DNA of 64,000 nucleotides from Nemertoderma westbladi (GCA_032718475.1 JAUCBJ010008831.1:10842-74841), one strand, 5' to 3'. Numbered from the stretch's first letter, positions 1 through 13,040 are shown. The notes: generated from the sequence alone by a model not told the origin. A program made the numbers and translations.

Positions 1-81
1 CAGATTTGCCCTAGTAAGAGGGTCTATGCAGCTACAGGTGGCACCTCCTTTATGCTGCATGGAGGTGGCAAGTTTTCTTGA

Positions 82-435
82 TCAATGACCTAGAATACCT
101 GACCTGGCCGGAGTTGTTGTAAAGTCAATGGCATTGATGAAAGTGTACTCAATCCATAGAACTTGACGTATCATAAATTTCGAATTAGAAAACCAGGTAC
201 CGTTGCGAGCAGATTCTATATGTTTACCTTTACCTTTACATCTGTGAATCAAATGTAGACAACTTTTATTCTTTAGTAATGTAACGCGTGTTTGAGCATC
301 ACAACCTATTTTCGAACATTGTCGGATTATCTTGTCATCATTGGATGGTAAAAGGCCAATTGACTGTGCGTAAAAAATTGCACTTTCCTCACACATTAAG
401 TTCTTACACAATTCCACTATACCCAAATCAGTCAT
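82..435 (-). pseudogene. Merlin/IS1595(ISXO2)-like transposase, N-terminal fragment
   Basis: ORF has a Cys-rich zinc-ribbon-like region followed by SARNGTWFSNSKFMIRQVLWIEY, resembling the S.R.GTWF..SKL motif of Merlin transposases; the DDE domain is absent. Confidence 0.55.
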
Positions 436-1022
436 TATTTACGTGTAAGCAATCACAAATTTTAGCTATAGAAATTATATTATTCTAGAAAATTCACTTT
501 CCTTGACATCAAATAAAAAAAACTAACAAAAAATAAAATTTGTATGATTTTTTAATTATTTGTTCTAGAACAAAAAATATTTGTTCTAGAACATTTTATT
601 ATTTTTTTTCAAATGTATTTCATGTTCTAGAACATTTCAAAAAAAAAGAAATAGCAAAAACTAGCTGGTAATAAAAATTTGTGGGGGGTGTAGCTATAAC
701 ACACTAGTACCCCAACAACACGCCTATACCGGTACATAAGCAACATATTAAAAAAATCAGTTTTAAACATTTTAAATACGTACTACTATTAGTACTAGCT
801 AGTATATAATTCACTAGCTCCATAAAAAACCTGGTTACCATAACTAATAATGTTAACAAAAAAAAGTAAATTTTTTTATTTAAAAAAAAATACTAGCTAG
901 TAAAAAAACACTAGCTACCATAAAAAAAAAATACCTACTAAGGTTCTAGAACATTCACCATTATAAAAAAAACATTGTCTGAAACATTCTGTGATATTTC
1001 TTATTGAACAATATAACGAAAA

Positions 1023-2105
1023 TATGCCATCTCAAAGTGGAAGTGGTGATGGTGTCAAAGCTCCGAAACGGTTGCGATCCAGTGAAAACTTTGATATTAT
1101 CAGGAGTTGCATAATTTGCGGTGAGAAATGTTCCGTTCCAACAAAGATCCAAAGAATCCCGCACGATGGAGAAGAGTAGTTAAGTGTCAAACGGTTGATG
1201 TCCAAGATGAACTCCTATGAATATGTAAATTAAGAGGTCTTCGAGGAGATGAACTGGCATAAAAGTTACGCTCCTGCGTAACTTACGGTAAAAGCGAAAT
1301 AAAAATTTCACTTATGTACCATTGATGTCTTTACCAGTGGCACAAAGTATCACAACAATTGCTATAAAGCCTTCACTGGTAAAAGGAACTCAATGGCGGC
1401 CTTGAGAAAAACTATAGATTTAGAAGAAAATGAAGTGGATAAACCGAGCGAGAAGGCCTTCATAAAAATGGTTGAGGAACTTGAAAAAGACCAAACTAAA
1501 ATTTGGGATTCTAGTGAGATATTCGGCATATATATCTTCCCTCCATTCATTTGGTACAGAAGAAGACACCATCACAGCTCTACAAGGCAGTCAACACACA
1601 AATCTAATCAATAAAATTCAAGCTCATTTTGGTGATAAGATTGTTGTACTTCATGCTGTACAGAAGCCTGTGCAAGTGTTATTTGTTTTAAAACAAGACT
1701 TCAATATGCACTGAAAGCAGATCAACATTCCTCAACCAATAATATTGACAGTAATATTAACGCCATAGTCCAAAATATAACGTCTGAAATAAAGCTACTT
1801 GAAGATGAATCTCATCGCAAGTTCTATAATTCAAATACAACAACATGATAACATCCACAAGCAGTTCATTACTCTCATTAATATCACGAATGGTAATATT
1901 TCTTGAGAGTCAATGCATTTGACAATCAATCCCTTATTGCTAAAATATATAATCAAACTACACTAGGCTTGGCATTACAAGTTCACCATCATTTTGGTTC
2001 TAGAGAACTGATTGATCTGTTGCACTCAAATGGATAATACATGGCAAGCTATGACAAAGTATTACGTTTCCACAAATCTGCGGCCGTGTTTGCCAGCAAA
2101 GTAGA
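1023..2105 (+). pseudogene. Academ-like DNA transposon protein, degraded N-terminal part
   Basis: Manual translation across stops and frameshifts gives FDIIRSCIICGE, TKYHNNCYKAF and LGLALQVHHHFGSRELIDLLHSNG*YMASYDKVLRFHKSAA, motifs I associate with Academ-type proteins. The sequence is cut off at ~2110 by a LINE tail. Confidence 0.5.
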
Positions 2106-2112
2106 TTACAAT

Positions 2113-3330
2113 TTATTTATTTATTTATTTTATTTATTTCATATTTATTCCAGATAATTCCAATATATATATATGAATATATATAGACATCCATAAACTA
2201 CAGTAAATATTAGAAATAGCACATTTTTAGATTAACTCTACTCTACTACTTTACAACGTAAAAATGACTCATAAATTTTAGATATAGCTAAACAAGTGTT
2301 ACGGATATTGTAAAGAATAATGTTATTGGACGCATATACTCTATCAAATAAACTAATGACTGAAAATCGTCTAACGTGAATAAAGTTGTTAATTCCTAGA
2401 CTGACGAGCATGTTACTTGCACTGCAGTCGAATTTAAACCCAAACAGCCGGCGAACTGTATTATTATATGCTACCTTGAGACGATCTAAGGTGGAATTAG
2501 AAAAGTATACGCCTGCCCAAAGAGAGTTGCAAGATATGGTACTACAGTAACAGGAAAATAGTTTAGATTTCACATTTTTGCTGCACTTATTGAAATTCCT
2601 AATTAGAAGGTTACATCTCGCGTAAAAGCACCTGGTTTGATTACGAATATCAATGTCGTCAGAAAAGTCATTTGTAATATAGTGTCCTAAATATTTGTAT
2701 TTCGATACCTGTTCTAGAATTGCACCATTAATAAACATGGATATATCAGAGACATAATGACGAGAGCAACTGTGTAAAAATAAACATTTAGATTTCTTAG
2801 CATTAAACTTTAGATCATTTTTATTGGCATAGTTCGCACAAATATTAAGTAGTTCTTGCGGTTGGAGAAGTAGAAATAAGGCAAATGTCATCTGCATAAA
2901 AAAAAGTGATTAATACATATGTGGTTAAGTCTGCACCCAATACCAGATTCACTCAATGTAACGCTTAAGTTGTGTGTATATATATTGAAGAAATGAGGGC
3001 TCCAAATGCTGCCCTGACGAACCCCATTGGTGCAATGAAAGGAGTCTGATAGGTACCCATCCCATAAGACACGCACCGTTTGATTGGCGTACCAATAACA
3101 TATTATACGTAGTATGTATGCGGGAACACCTCTATCTAGTAAATTATCAAAAAGTTGCGAATGGGATATAGTGTCAAAGGCCTTAGATGCGTCTAAAAAA
3201 GATATACTGTATATACATTCGAACCCTTACGTAGAAAGTAGTTAATTAATTCTTTGATGGAGTAAACACACAATTCAGTACCTAATTTACGCTTATAACC
3301 AAATTGATTATCAGTAGTAATTATCAATTG
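2113..3330 (-). mobile_element. 5'-truncated non-LTR retrotransposon (RT pseudogene, RTEX/RTE-like) with (TAAA)n tail
   Basis: Frameshifted RT motifs DNQFGYK, DASKAFD, NGVRQGSIWSPHFFNIY, (Y)ADD and KYKYLG lie in ORFs 3193-3408, 2888-3076 and 2238-2897. A (TTTA)n tract at ~2113-2140 on + marks the 3' tail. Confidence 0.85.
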
Positions 3331-3563
3331 CAACAATAGATTCGTGGGAGCAAAGGTGATAAATTCTTGGTACGTAAAACTATCATTGAAATAGAGTTTA
3401 AAATGCAATGTTAACTCTCAAATTGAAAGTTGCATAAAAAAATTGCTCCAGGTCTCAGAAGTTTTTATGGCCTGTTTTGTGTTATTCCACCCCCATACTA
3501 CAATTTAAGCCAAAAAAATTGTATCCGTACCCTACTTTATGGTTCGACCCCATTTCTTCTGGA

Positions 3564-4268
3564 CTATAAATCATTGAGTGAGTTTAGAACAAGTGTAACG
3601 AATCTGTTTACATCAGAGAGTTTGTTTGGGACAAAAACAATAAAAACAAGAATTCCATTGTTAACGAATGGGATGCTGATTTCCAGGCATTTATGGAACA
3701 ATTTAATCGTCGGCTGTTGAAACCCACCGTCAACATCACGTTCTCCACGAGTAATAAACATACTAATATCGTGTAGTGGACCTTCCCGCTTAACGGAAAG
3801 AAGTTGAACCTCCTCCTCAGTATGGTGGATTGTAAAACCACCAATATCCGACAGGCGATCTTTAATATCTACAAAGTTTATCTTCTCGCGAAGAATGAAT
3901 GCATCGAGTTTGTCTGGATTAGTGCTCCTGTCCGCTGCATGAACTTTTGACATGGACCATTTAGTTGGAACCAGCGAGGGGATACACGAAGTCGGAACTC
4001 CGGGGAAGATTGATGGCGGGTTGATGGGAACAGTAGAACCTCCCTGTACTGGTTTACAGGTAAACCCGACTGGGCAGTGTTTCGCTCATCCACGCTTCGA
4101 TTGCGAGTACAGGAAGTCCGCATTTGGTAACGCGTGAATCCAAGAAGATCTGGCAGTTTCATTAGCAGGAAACCTATACATCCGAACTGGCGTTGGTGCG
4201 TTGTAGCTTGAACTCACGGTCGGATCATAATTGGAATTGCAGCCATAAATGCAATATTTATAGGGCAT
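3564..4268 (-). pseudogene. THAP-domain P-element-like transposase, N-terminal fragment
   Basis: MPYKYCIYGCNSNY...YRFPANETARSSWIHALP fits the THAP C2CH start. It continues after a frameshift (HCP...EPPSIFP) and parallels the ORF at 5745-6398. Confidence 0.7.
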
Positions 4269-4412
4269 TACAGTATTATGGATTATTATTACTGTATTAT
4301 AGAATCTGAGAACTTACAGACTTACAATAAGCTAATAAATACGTTAAGAAATTAATACAGTGCTGCAGTGTTAGCTTATAACAACATTGTAGCCAGGCAT
4401 GTCTGCCTGCAT

Positions 4413-6809
4413 CAAGGCCACCTATAATACAGGCCTTGCAGCCCAATAATTGCCAAAATTTGCTAGGGCCGAAGTTTTACGATCTACATTTCACCTAGAT
4501 GACGGTACCTAACTCTACTATCTAATTGTTTCCAAGGTTATCAGGTATGGCGAATCTTTTTAGACTATTTTTAAATTTAGTGCTTATCTGGAAATGCCAC
4601 TTTTCGAGGGGTGCATGATGGGTGCTGAGAATGAAAAATTCCATACATAATAAATGTCTATTAAATTGCCTCAAAAACTAACATTTTCAAACTATTTTTA
4701 GGTTTTCAATCATTGCGAGTGTAATATCTTTATTTAATAGCATTTAGTTCTCATAATAAGTATATTTCAGGTTATTCCCAACGAATTGAAAATAAATATG
4801 TAGACCTTGGCATGCCAATTCAACTCAAATTATAATACGTTATTACGGCACATTATAATACGGCACAATGTAGTTTTAGAAACGTGATTGAAAAACGCAT
4901 AGCAGTAACAGGTATACAATACCAAATTATCCGAAGGAAAAGATAATCTACCTCGATTTAACTCGTGAAAGTACTGAGTTACTTGGTCGCTGGTCTCGGT
5001 ACTGATTGCTCCTGGTGCTAATTTGCATTTGAAAGTGAGATACCCCGCAATATATATCAGTACAGAAATTTCCGAATTTGGTATGTCGTAATTTTGTACA
5101 TCTTTAAAAATTTCTGGTTTACCTTGTTGTTATCGACAACGACCACAATCGCAACAATTTTACATGAAACCAGATTTTAAGGATGAGATTCACATTGTCC
5201 AACTGAAACTCCGAAGTTAAACCAATGCATGGTATCATCTTCAAAACGAAGCTGGGCCCTCCAAATGCGCAACGAATCATTACTGCCAAAATCGTTCTGG
5301 CCAGTTTCGTTGGATCATCAACTGAATTACCATAAACAGTTCCCCCATAATATTGAACAGATGGCTTTATATATATTTCATCAATAACCAAGGAGCAAAT
5401 GCGTTGGCGGTCCTCCAATTTCTCAAATACAGCAGTGAGAAACTCCTTCGTATCAACATTAGACACTGCCGATGTAATAATACGGATCACTTGGAAGCAC
5501 CATGAATTCCCGGAGTGTCTGGTAAAGCTTCGTCGACAACGTATACCAAGAAAATGCAAGGGATAAATCATTTGAAAGATATACCTTTCCATTCTTGGGA
5601 GTATTCAGTAGCTCAATTTGACGATTAATGAAAATCCAGCGCTCGTCCTCTACTGGAGTGTCCTGATTCAAAACATTAATCACTTCCTCGAGTTCAGACC
5701 AACGTCGAACTTTGCCGGGATATCGAAGAAACAGGAATTTCTCCTTACGAAGGCCTCTGTAGCCCTATGCTAAACGAAAGGGATTCAGTAGATACTGTAA
5801 TGTTGAGAGTCCATTTAGCTGTTGGACCTTCTCTTTCACGGCTCATAACTACTGCATCCCCAGAATCTCGCAAGAGCAAATCGTAACTTCCACCTAATTT
5901 ATTGTGGAGCTGCGTCGAAAACGATTCCACAAGTATAAAGTCCATCTCGAGAAACCTCGGGAGTTCATCCGGCAGAGTGTTGCGGAGTTGGTTGAAGCTC
6001 GTGGATGAAGAAGTAGCTCGTGGTCTCGCAGAAGGAGTAGGGACCCAAGAATCGGGAGTATTAAATATTGACGGTGGATTAGTTGGAACTCCACCGCCGC
6101 GACCACCTTTTACCGACTTCATGGGAGTTTGCGTTGGCCAGTGGAGCCGACAGACTCCCATATTATCGGTAACACTTCCAATGATGTTCGGAAGAGCTCT
6201 AATCCACTCCACCCGCTGTCGCTCGTCTCTCGGGAAGGAGTAAACCGGAATCGGACCCGTCTCTTCTGGATGTTCCTTGGTTCGACAGTAACCAGTTCGG
6301 CAGTTCCCCACAGAACATTTTCGTCCCATTAGGCTACGCATACAACAGCAACAATAATACAACAGTTGTAACAATAATAATAAAATATTCGATATCAAAT
6401 AGGTAGGGTAGTCGTAGCTCGTAGCTATTGCAAATTAATACAACAGACTGGCATGCGCAGTAGCCTAACTGAATAGCAGTTTATCACTACAGCACTAGTG
6501 GTAGTCGCGAACAGAGTAAGTGGTAACCACTGAAACGTCTGAAAGCTGTAGGCTTACCCACATAATACAGTAATAGCCTACTGTTAACCGTACCGGTAAT
6601 GATAGAATGATCAATCAGTCTGATTTTGTATAGGCCTACCGGTAACACTTTTGGTGTCCCCTGAAAAATAGTAATAGTTCTGTCCACATCCATAATTCGA
6701 AATATGTCTCATCAAAGGGACATCTAAGTGAAATGTAGATTGTAAAACTTCGGCCCTAGCAAATTTTGGCAATTATTGGGCTGCAAGGCCTGTATTATAG
6801 GTGGCCTTG
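4413..6809 (-). mobile_element. P-superfamily DNA transposon, internally deleted, with ~89-bp TIRs and 8-bp TSD
   Basis: The TIR CAAGGCCACCTATAATACAGGCC... at 4413-4501 is inverted at 6721-6809 (2 mismatches). TSD GCCTGCAT is at 4405-4412 and 6810-6817. The element contains THAP and P-transposase fragments. Confidence 0.92.
4960..6341 (-). pseudogene. THAP + Tnp_P_element transposase (frameshifted, internally deleted)
   Basis: THAP: MGRKCSVGNC...YSFPRDE...EWIRALP...VCRLHW. P-type core with the first catalytic Asp: CSLVIDEIYIKPSVQYYGG...RTILAVMI. A C-terminal IYIAGY motif lies near 5040-5060. Confidence 0.85.
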
Positions 6810-6999
6810 GCCTGCATATACCTCTGTACCTGTCTGCCTGTATACTGCTGTAGGCTATTACAGTATTGTCATAAAAGTCAGCCTGCAATAATTTCAGCGT
6901 TTAGGCCTTGTCACGCCTGTGTATAGAAGGATATGTGCTAAACTGTGAACTACATTAAATTTAAAATTATTTGAAAACTCTTTCGTTAAAATGTCATTT

Positions 7000-7898
7000 T
7001 TTAGAATATGTCTTGACTTTTTTATTAGCAAATGTAAACCTGGAAGTGTTGGTTCGTGGTTAACTACATAATAAATAAACTTTATTATCTATATGTGCCT
7101 TTATACTCGCCTTTTGACTCCATTATGTGAAAGAACTGCTGCTGTTGCGCACTGTTTGCAAGCATCATCAAGATTCCAAGCTCGTGCTACAAAAGCTGCT
7201 CCAAAAGTGATAAAGTGCTTCTTGAGATCAACATCCCTGCTACAGTTTCGTCGTAGCCTTAAAGCTACACCATACGGTACATACTTGATCTGAGACGGTT
7301 GGTGAAACGAAGTCCTATGCAAATACTGATGTAAGTCCATACATAGGTTTGAAAAAAATATCAGTTTGAATGGTTCCATGGGCGTCAATGAAAATTTTGG
7401 GGTCCAAAAAATTAACTTCTCTCACCATCTGTTCTGTAACAAATTTAATTTGTCCTGGCTTTACTTGGTTATTTAAATCCTCAACAAATCGTTTTAATTT
7501 TAAATCTATATCATGTAAATATAAAACTAAAATGTCATCCCTATATCTTCCAAATTCATCTGGGAGATTATCAGATTGATCTGCTATGGTGTCTATTTTG
7601 CGATGCTCCATAAGCATCAGTGTAAGAACAAGAGTAACTGGGACCCATTGCTGATCCTGAACATTGTGTGTAATGTTTATTGTCAAGAGTACAGTTATTA
7701 ATTTCTAGACATAATTTGAGACCTTCTAGAATACAATCCTTTAGTGATTTGTTAATTGGTAGGGATGACGTTCTGGATAAAGGTCAAGTAATTCTTTGAG
7801 GCTGTCAAGTCCATCTGTATTATCAACACTAGGGAAGAAATTTGCAATATCCAAACAAGCAAGTTGGGCCGTTGCTGGAAGTGGGGCGTACTTTGTAT
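7000..7898 (-). pseudogene. Penelope-like element reverse transcriptase, C-terminal part
   Basis: PLE RT/thumb motifs: LACLDIANFFPSV, GRYRDDILV, VNFLD, QTDIFFKP, HQYLHRTSFH and VPYGVALRLRRNCS. Confidence 0.85.
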
Positions 7899-10101
7899 TG
7901 TGGGGCGAGCCACGAAGTTGGCGGAGCCTTAGCGAATACGAAGTTGGCGGAGCCTTAGCGAATTGACACTGTTAGGGGGTGGGTCAATTTATGCAAATAG
8001 TTGTCGTCATCGTCATTGTCGTCGTCGTCGTCGTCGTCGTTGTCGTCGTCGTCGTCGTCGTCGTTACGATTTTGACATGCTAATAACTTTGTCGGATTTA
8101 AAGCTGCCAAGTTGAAAATTTGTAGGTATCAATATGAGCAAAAGTTGAGATTTTTGAGAGACTTTCAGACACCATCAGTGCAATGGTCTCCCGCTAGAGG
8201 GCCACATGTCTAAACATTAAATGCCCTCCCATTTCTTTGCTTTTAATCCGTTTAAGCTGAAACTTGGCAGATATGTATTAGACCATTAGCTGTGACTTTC
8301 AAAGGAGGCGAATCCATCTGCAGTTCTCCAGTCTGCCGCTAGAGGGCCAAAGGTCTGAAAGTGAAATCGTTGTCGTCGTTACGATTTTGACATGCTAATA
8401 ACTTTGTCGGATTTAAAGCTGCCAAGTTGAAAATTTGTAGGTATCAATATGAGCAAAAGTTGAGATTTTTGAGAGACTTTCAGACACCATCAGTGCAATG
8501 GTCTCCCGCTAGAGGGCCACATGTCTAAACATTAAATGCCCTCCCATTTCTTTGCTTTTAATCCGTTTAAGCTGAAACTTGGCAGATATGTATTAGACCA
8601 TTAGCTGTGACTTTCAAAGGAGGCGAATCCATCTGCAGTTCTCCAGTCTGCCGCTAGAGGGCCAAAGGTCTGAAAGTGAAATCGTTGTCGTCGTTACGAT
8701 TTTGACATGCTAATAACTTTGTCGGATTTAAAGCTGCCAAGTTGAAAATTTGTAGGTATCAATATGAGTTAAAGTTGAGATTTTTGAGAGACTTTCAGAC
8801 ACCATCAGTGCAATGGTCTCCCGCTAGAGGGCCACATGTCTAAACATTAAATGCCCTCCCATTTCTTTGCTTTTAATCCGTTTAAGCTGAAACTTGGCAG
8901 ATATGTATTAGACCATTAGCTGTGACTTTCAAAGGAGGCGAATCCATCTGCAGTTCTCCAGTCTGCCGCTAGAGGGCCAAATGTCTGAAAGTGAAATCGT
9001 TGTCGTCGTTACGATTTTGACATGCTAATAACTTTGTCGGATTTAAAGCTGCCAAGTTGAAAATTTGTAGGTATCAATATGAGCTAAAGTTGAGATTTTT
9101 GAGAGACTTTCAGACACCATCAGTGCAATGGTCTCCCGCTAGAGGGCCACATGTCTAAACATTAAATGCCCTCCCATTTCTTTGCTTTTGATCCGTTTAA
9201 GCTGAAACTTGGCAGATATGTATTAGACCATTAGCTGTGACTTTCAAAGGAGGCGAATCCATCTGCAGTTCTCCAGTCTGCCGCTAGAGGGCCAAATGTC
9301 TGAAAGTGAAATCGTTGTCGTCGTTATGATATTGACATGCTTATAACTTTGTCGAATTTAAAGCTGCCAAGTTGAAAATTTGTTTTGTTGAAAATCAGTT
9401 CAACAGTCACCCGCTATTGGACTACTTTATGCCTGAAAGTGAATAGATTCTCCCGTCTCATTGATTTTAATCAGTTTAAGCTGAATCTTGCCATATATTC
9501 TGGACCACATGCTGCGTCTTTGTGGGGGGGGGGGGGGGGGGGGGAGATTTAATCGGTCTGCCGCTATACGACGAAATTTCTGAAAGTGAGATCCGTCTCT
9601 CATTTCGTTATCCGTTATTCAAGATGAAACTTGGCCGATGTACGTATGTACTATTCATCCATAGGCTGTGTCTTTGTGGGGCTGGAGACCCTAGTCCCTA
9701 ATCCATCTTCAGTTCTCACTATACCGCTAGAGTCAGAAATGTCTGAATAGAAATGAAAGAGGTAAAAAGTGATTAGGCGAAATCTGCTTAAAATTTGCTA
9801 ATACAGTAATACTTTCGAATTAGTATTTAAATTAAATTTAAGTCACGTGCTGCGCGAAGGCCCCACTTCGTGTATAATATGTTTCCTTCACAGTTAAACG
9901 TACATGGATGGCTCTTTAACTTATCTGATCTTTGGTATTTTCTTATTGACAAAATGCTGGGTCAAGTAGTAAGCACTCGTACTGTAGAAACGATATATCA
10001 ATACAAATAAACAATTGAACGATAGATAAATTCCGGCTTCATGGCTCGAATTAGTACTTAAATTAAATTTAAGTCACGTGCTGCGCGAAGGCCCCACTTC
10101 G
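7899..10101. mobile_element. Non-autonomous Helentron/DINE-1-like (HINE-type) element inserted in the PLE ORF
   Basis: Subterminal inverted motifs (GTGGGGC/CACGAAGT at the left, GCCCCACTTCGTG at the right), a (GTC)n microsatellite at ~8003-8063 and central tandem repeats. Excision at a T^T site without a TSD restores the in-frame PLE peptide LEKIDKYNTKYAPLP. Confidence 0.65.
8063..9390. repeat. 315-bp tandem satellite, ~4.2 near-identical units, each a dimer of ~155-bp subunits
   Basis: GTTACGATTTTGACATGC recurs at 8063, 8378, 8693, 9008 and, with variants, 9323. CCGCTAGAGGGCCA occurs twice per unit. Degenerate units continue to ~9750. Confidence 0.97.
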
Positions 10102-10604
10102 TGTATTTATCTATTTTCTCTAAAAGGTGTAATGTGTTTTTAATGTAGGCTGGATGCTTTGCTGCAAATGTCTAAGAAAATTTTAAATTAACATACTCAA
10201 TTTTGTGTTAGTCTTAGTGGCTCTATTAATTTGGTTTTCATATTGGAGAAACTGATAACAAACGGTGAAGACCTTCCCGACAAACATTAGGTTGTATAAT
10301 AGTTTGTATGTAATACTTAGTCTGCATAAATTTCTGCAGAAAATATTGCCACTTGACGTGGGCATCTTGTTTCATTGTTACTAATAATTTATGTTCAATT
10401 TTATACAATTCTTTTCCAAAATAATTACCGCACTCTGGTGAAAAAAAGTTTAAATGTAGGTGTGTACGCAAATTTAACCCATTCGGTATTAGATCTTTGT
10501 TTAAGCAAGTATTAAGAAAATAAAATTGATTTCTTTTTTGTATGTATGGGTAACTAAACTCTTCAGTTCACAAAACTTAGCTTTAACGAAATTTGACCAA
10601 GGCA
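10102..10604 (-). pseudogene. Penelope-like element ORF, N-terminal part (continuation of 7000-7898)
   Basis: ATG at 10604 is followed by FYFLNTCLNKDLIPNGLNL, a typical PLE N-terminal FL..C....LIP.GL motif. PAYIK..HLLEKIDK joins the RT across the insertion. Confidence 0.7.
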
Positions 10605-10847
10605 TGGTTGCTAAATATAATTAAATTAAGTAATAGGAACGCTTACACCAGTAAGCGCTAGTGTGCTAGTACACACTGCAGACTTTAGAGTCTTACTGAA
10701 TAAACTCAATTAATGAAGCAACGGCAAATTTACATGGCTACATAGACTTTCAAGAAGATTAAAACTTTATATTTTTATTGTTACCTAAGGTTGTCTGTAT
10801 TTCAATTATTTATGTGTTCTAGAAAATTAATTTGAATTTAAGAATAA

Positions 10848-10884
10848 TACATGAATAAGAGTCACGCTGACTCGAAATATCGTA
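10848..10884 (+). ncRNA. Candidate minimal type I hammerhead ribozyme (PLE-associated)
   Basis: TAC-ATGAATA-A-GAGTCA-CGC-TGACTC-GAAA-TATC-GTA gives stem I, a variant core, stem II, GAAA and a UH site. It lies ~250 bp upstream of, and antisense to, the PLE ORF start. Confidence 0.45.
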
Positions 10885-11549
10885 TACATTTTATTTTTAT
10901 TGCTTGATATTGGTCTGTATATATATTTTTCGTTCTACACAAGACTATATTTAAGAGACACGATCAATTTTGTTATATGTATTATATGAGTAAATATGGC
11001 CACTTTGTTTTTTCTTTAACTTTTTTATTGTATGGCTTTAGAAAACTATGACTGATAGCTATCTATGGTAAATTGTCATAACCATGGATCACCCGAGCAC
11101 TTTTTTATATTATTATTGCATAAAAAAACATATACAGGGATTTTTCTGAAAATCTTAATATCTTTGTCATATATATACATATATATATTAAAATCAACTC
11201 CAACAAGCTATATTTAATTGTTTAATTTAAATATTTATTTAATTACAGTCATATTATATTCATAATTGGTAGTATTACTATTATTTACGCAGAAACGCAT
11301 CCGAATACTGTAGCCTTTTATACTGCTTTACTTGTGTCTGGAATACAGTCAAACATCGAATTTCTTCGGTACATACTAAAACATAAAACAACCTGAAACG
11401 ACCAGAAACAAGATAAACAACTTGACCCAAGCTTAGATAAGCACAAAATACATTAGCGGAAACTACCACGAGGGGGGGGGGGGGGGGGGGGGGGTCATAT
11501 TGACCCTCTTTGTCAAATAAGTACGCGTCTAGGATGGGTAAATTGGCAC

Positions 11550-12157
11550 TTTGATCTAAGCTCGCATCTAGGATTTAAGTTCGCATCTAGGAACTGAGTT
11601 CGCATAGGATCTAAGTTCTAACCTAGGATCTAAGTCCGTGTCTAGGATCTAAGTGCCCCTATAGGATCTAAGTTTGCATCTTAGATCTAAGTTTGCATCC
11701 TGGATCTAAGATCACATATAGGATCTAAGTTCGTATCTAGGATCTAAGATCACATATAGGATATAAGTTCACATTTTAGATTCAAGTGATTAGAATCAGT
11801 CTAGGATCTAAGTTATCTTAGATCTAAGTTTGCGTCTAGGATCTAAGTTCGCATCTAGGATCTAAGACCGCATGTAGGATCTAAGTTCGCCTATAGGATC
11901 TAAGATCGCCTATAGGATCTAAGTTCGCCTATAGAATCTAAGTTCGCCTATAGGATCTTAGTTCGACTATAGGATCTAAGTTCGCGTCTAGTATCTAAGT
12001 TCGCCTATAGGATCTAAGTTCGCCTATATGATCTAAGATCGCATATAGGATATAAGTTCGCATCTAGGATCAAAGTTATCTTAGATCTAAGTTCGCGTCT
12101 AGGATTTAAGATCGTGTATGGGATCTAAGTTCGCATCTAGGATCTAAGTCGCATCTA
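11550..12157. repeat. ~20-bp minisatellite (TAGGATCTAAGTTCGCMTM), roughly 30 units
   Basis: GGATCTAAGTTCGC is repeated head to tail with ~20-bp period and no unique spacers. Confidence 0.95.
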
Positions 12158-13040
12158 GGTTCCCGCCTTGGTCTTCGATTCTGGTAGAATTAATTTCCGC
12201 AGATTGGTGAAGAGTGTTGAAGTATTGTCAACGGCGTTGCCACTGGGATTTGTAAACATCAGGTCTGATTTACTAGCAAGTGGACTGAATAGTGTGTGGC
12301 CAAACTTAAAACAAGCAAGTAACATATTACAAACGGCTTCAGGCATTGTTAATTTAATGGGCCCTTGATAAATAGTTTTGTGATTAAACACATTTATGAC
12401 CCTGACACCGTCATCCGGACAATGCACCACTTCTGCAACAGGAACTTCTTACTAACAGGTTCCGTACAGCACCAGCACGTGCTGCGTTTTTATAGACAAT
12501 ATGGCCAGGCCATAACATGTTTGCATTTGTTCCAAAGAAAATTCATCGCTAACTTTCGATTCAATGTTTAATAGATCTCGTTGAAGATGGAGGGAGATGG
12601 GGGTCAGATTCAAAACGTTCCTCTGCAGTTGGGCATTCCACCTCCATCCGATGTTTAACTACATAGGCATGCTTCTTCAAACATTGTGTGCGTTGATGCT
12701 CCATAATATTTGAAACTGTTAAGAGAGCTGTTGTCGCTTCACGGCCTTACGTTTCTGAATAGTTCTCAGCTATATACATGTAAAACTTTTTTATTCGTTG
12801 TAAATATACTTTATAGACGACACAAATCTGATTGATTTGGAGCGCACAGTTTCAGTTTGAAGTTTTTTGAAGGTGGTTCTTATTTTTAAAGGAGAAAACA
12901 TTTCACTTTTTTCATAACTTTGTCATCACCAATCATTAATTTGGGAATCTTTTCCACAGATTGAAATACTATTTTGTGAACTTTATAATGAGTTTTATCA
13001 GATCCACTGATGCCATTCTCTAGGTAATCCTTAAAATCCA
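12155..13040 (-). pseudogene. Tyrosine recombinase-like fragment
   Basis: NAARAGAVRNL (catalytic Arg box, ~12460-12495, read manually) is followed after a frameshift by VINVFNHKTIYQGPIKL (catalytic Lys region) and LMFTNPSG. The C-terminal H..R/Y boxes are cut off by the minisatellite. Confidence 0.55.

Noticed and set aside
7895-10107. GTATT as a TSD of the satellite-bearing insert
   Set aside because: Treating it as a duplication breaks the PLE reading frame, whereas TSD-free excision at T^T restores it.
11550-12157. CRISPR-like array
   Set aside because: Units are head to tail without unique spacers, no cas genes are present, and the context is eukaryotic; it is a minisatellite.
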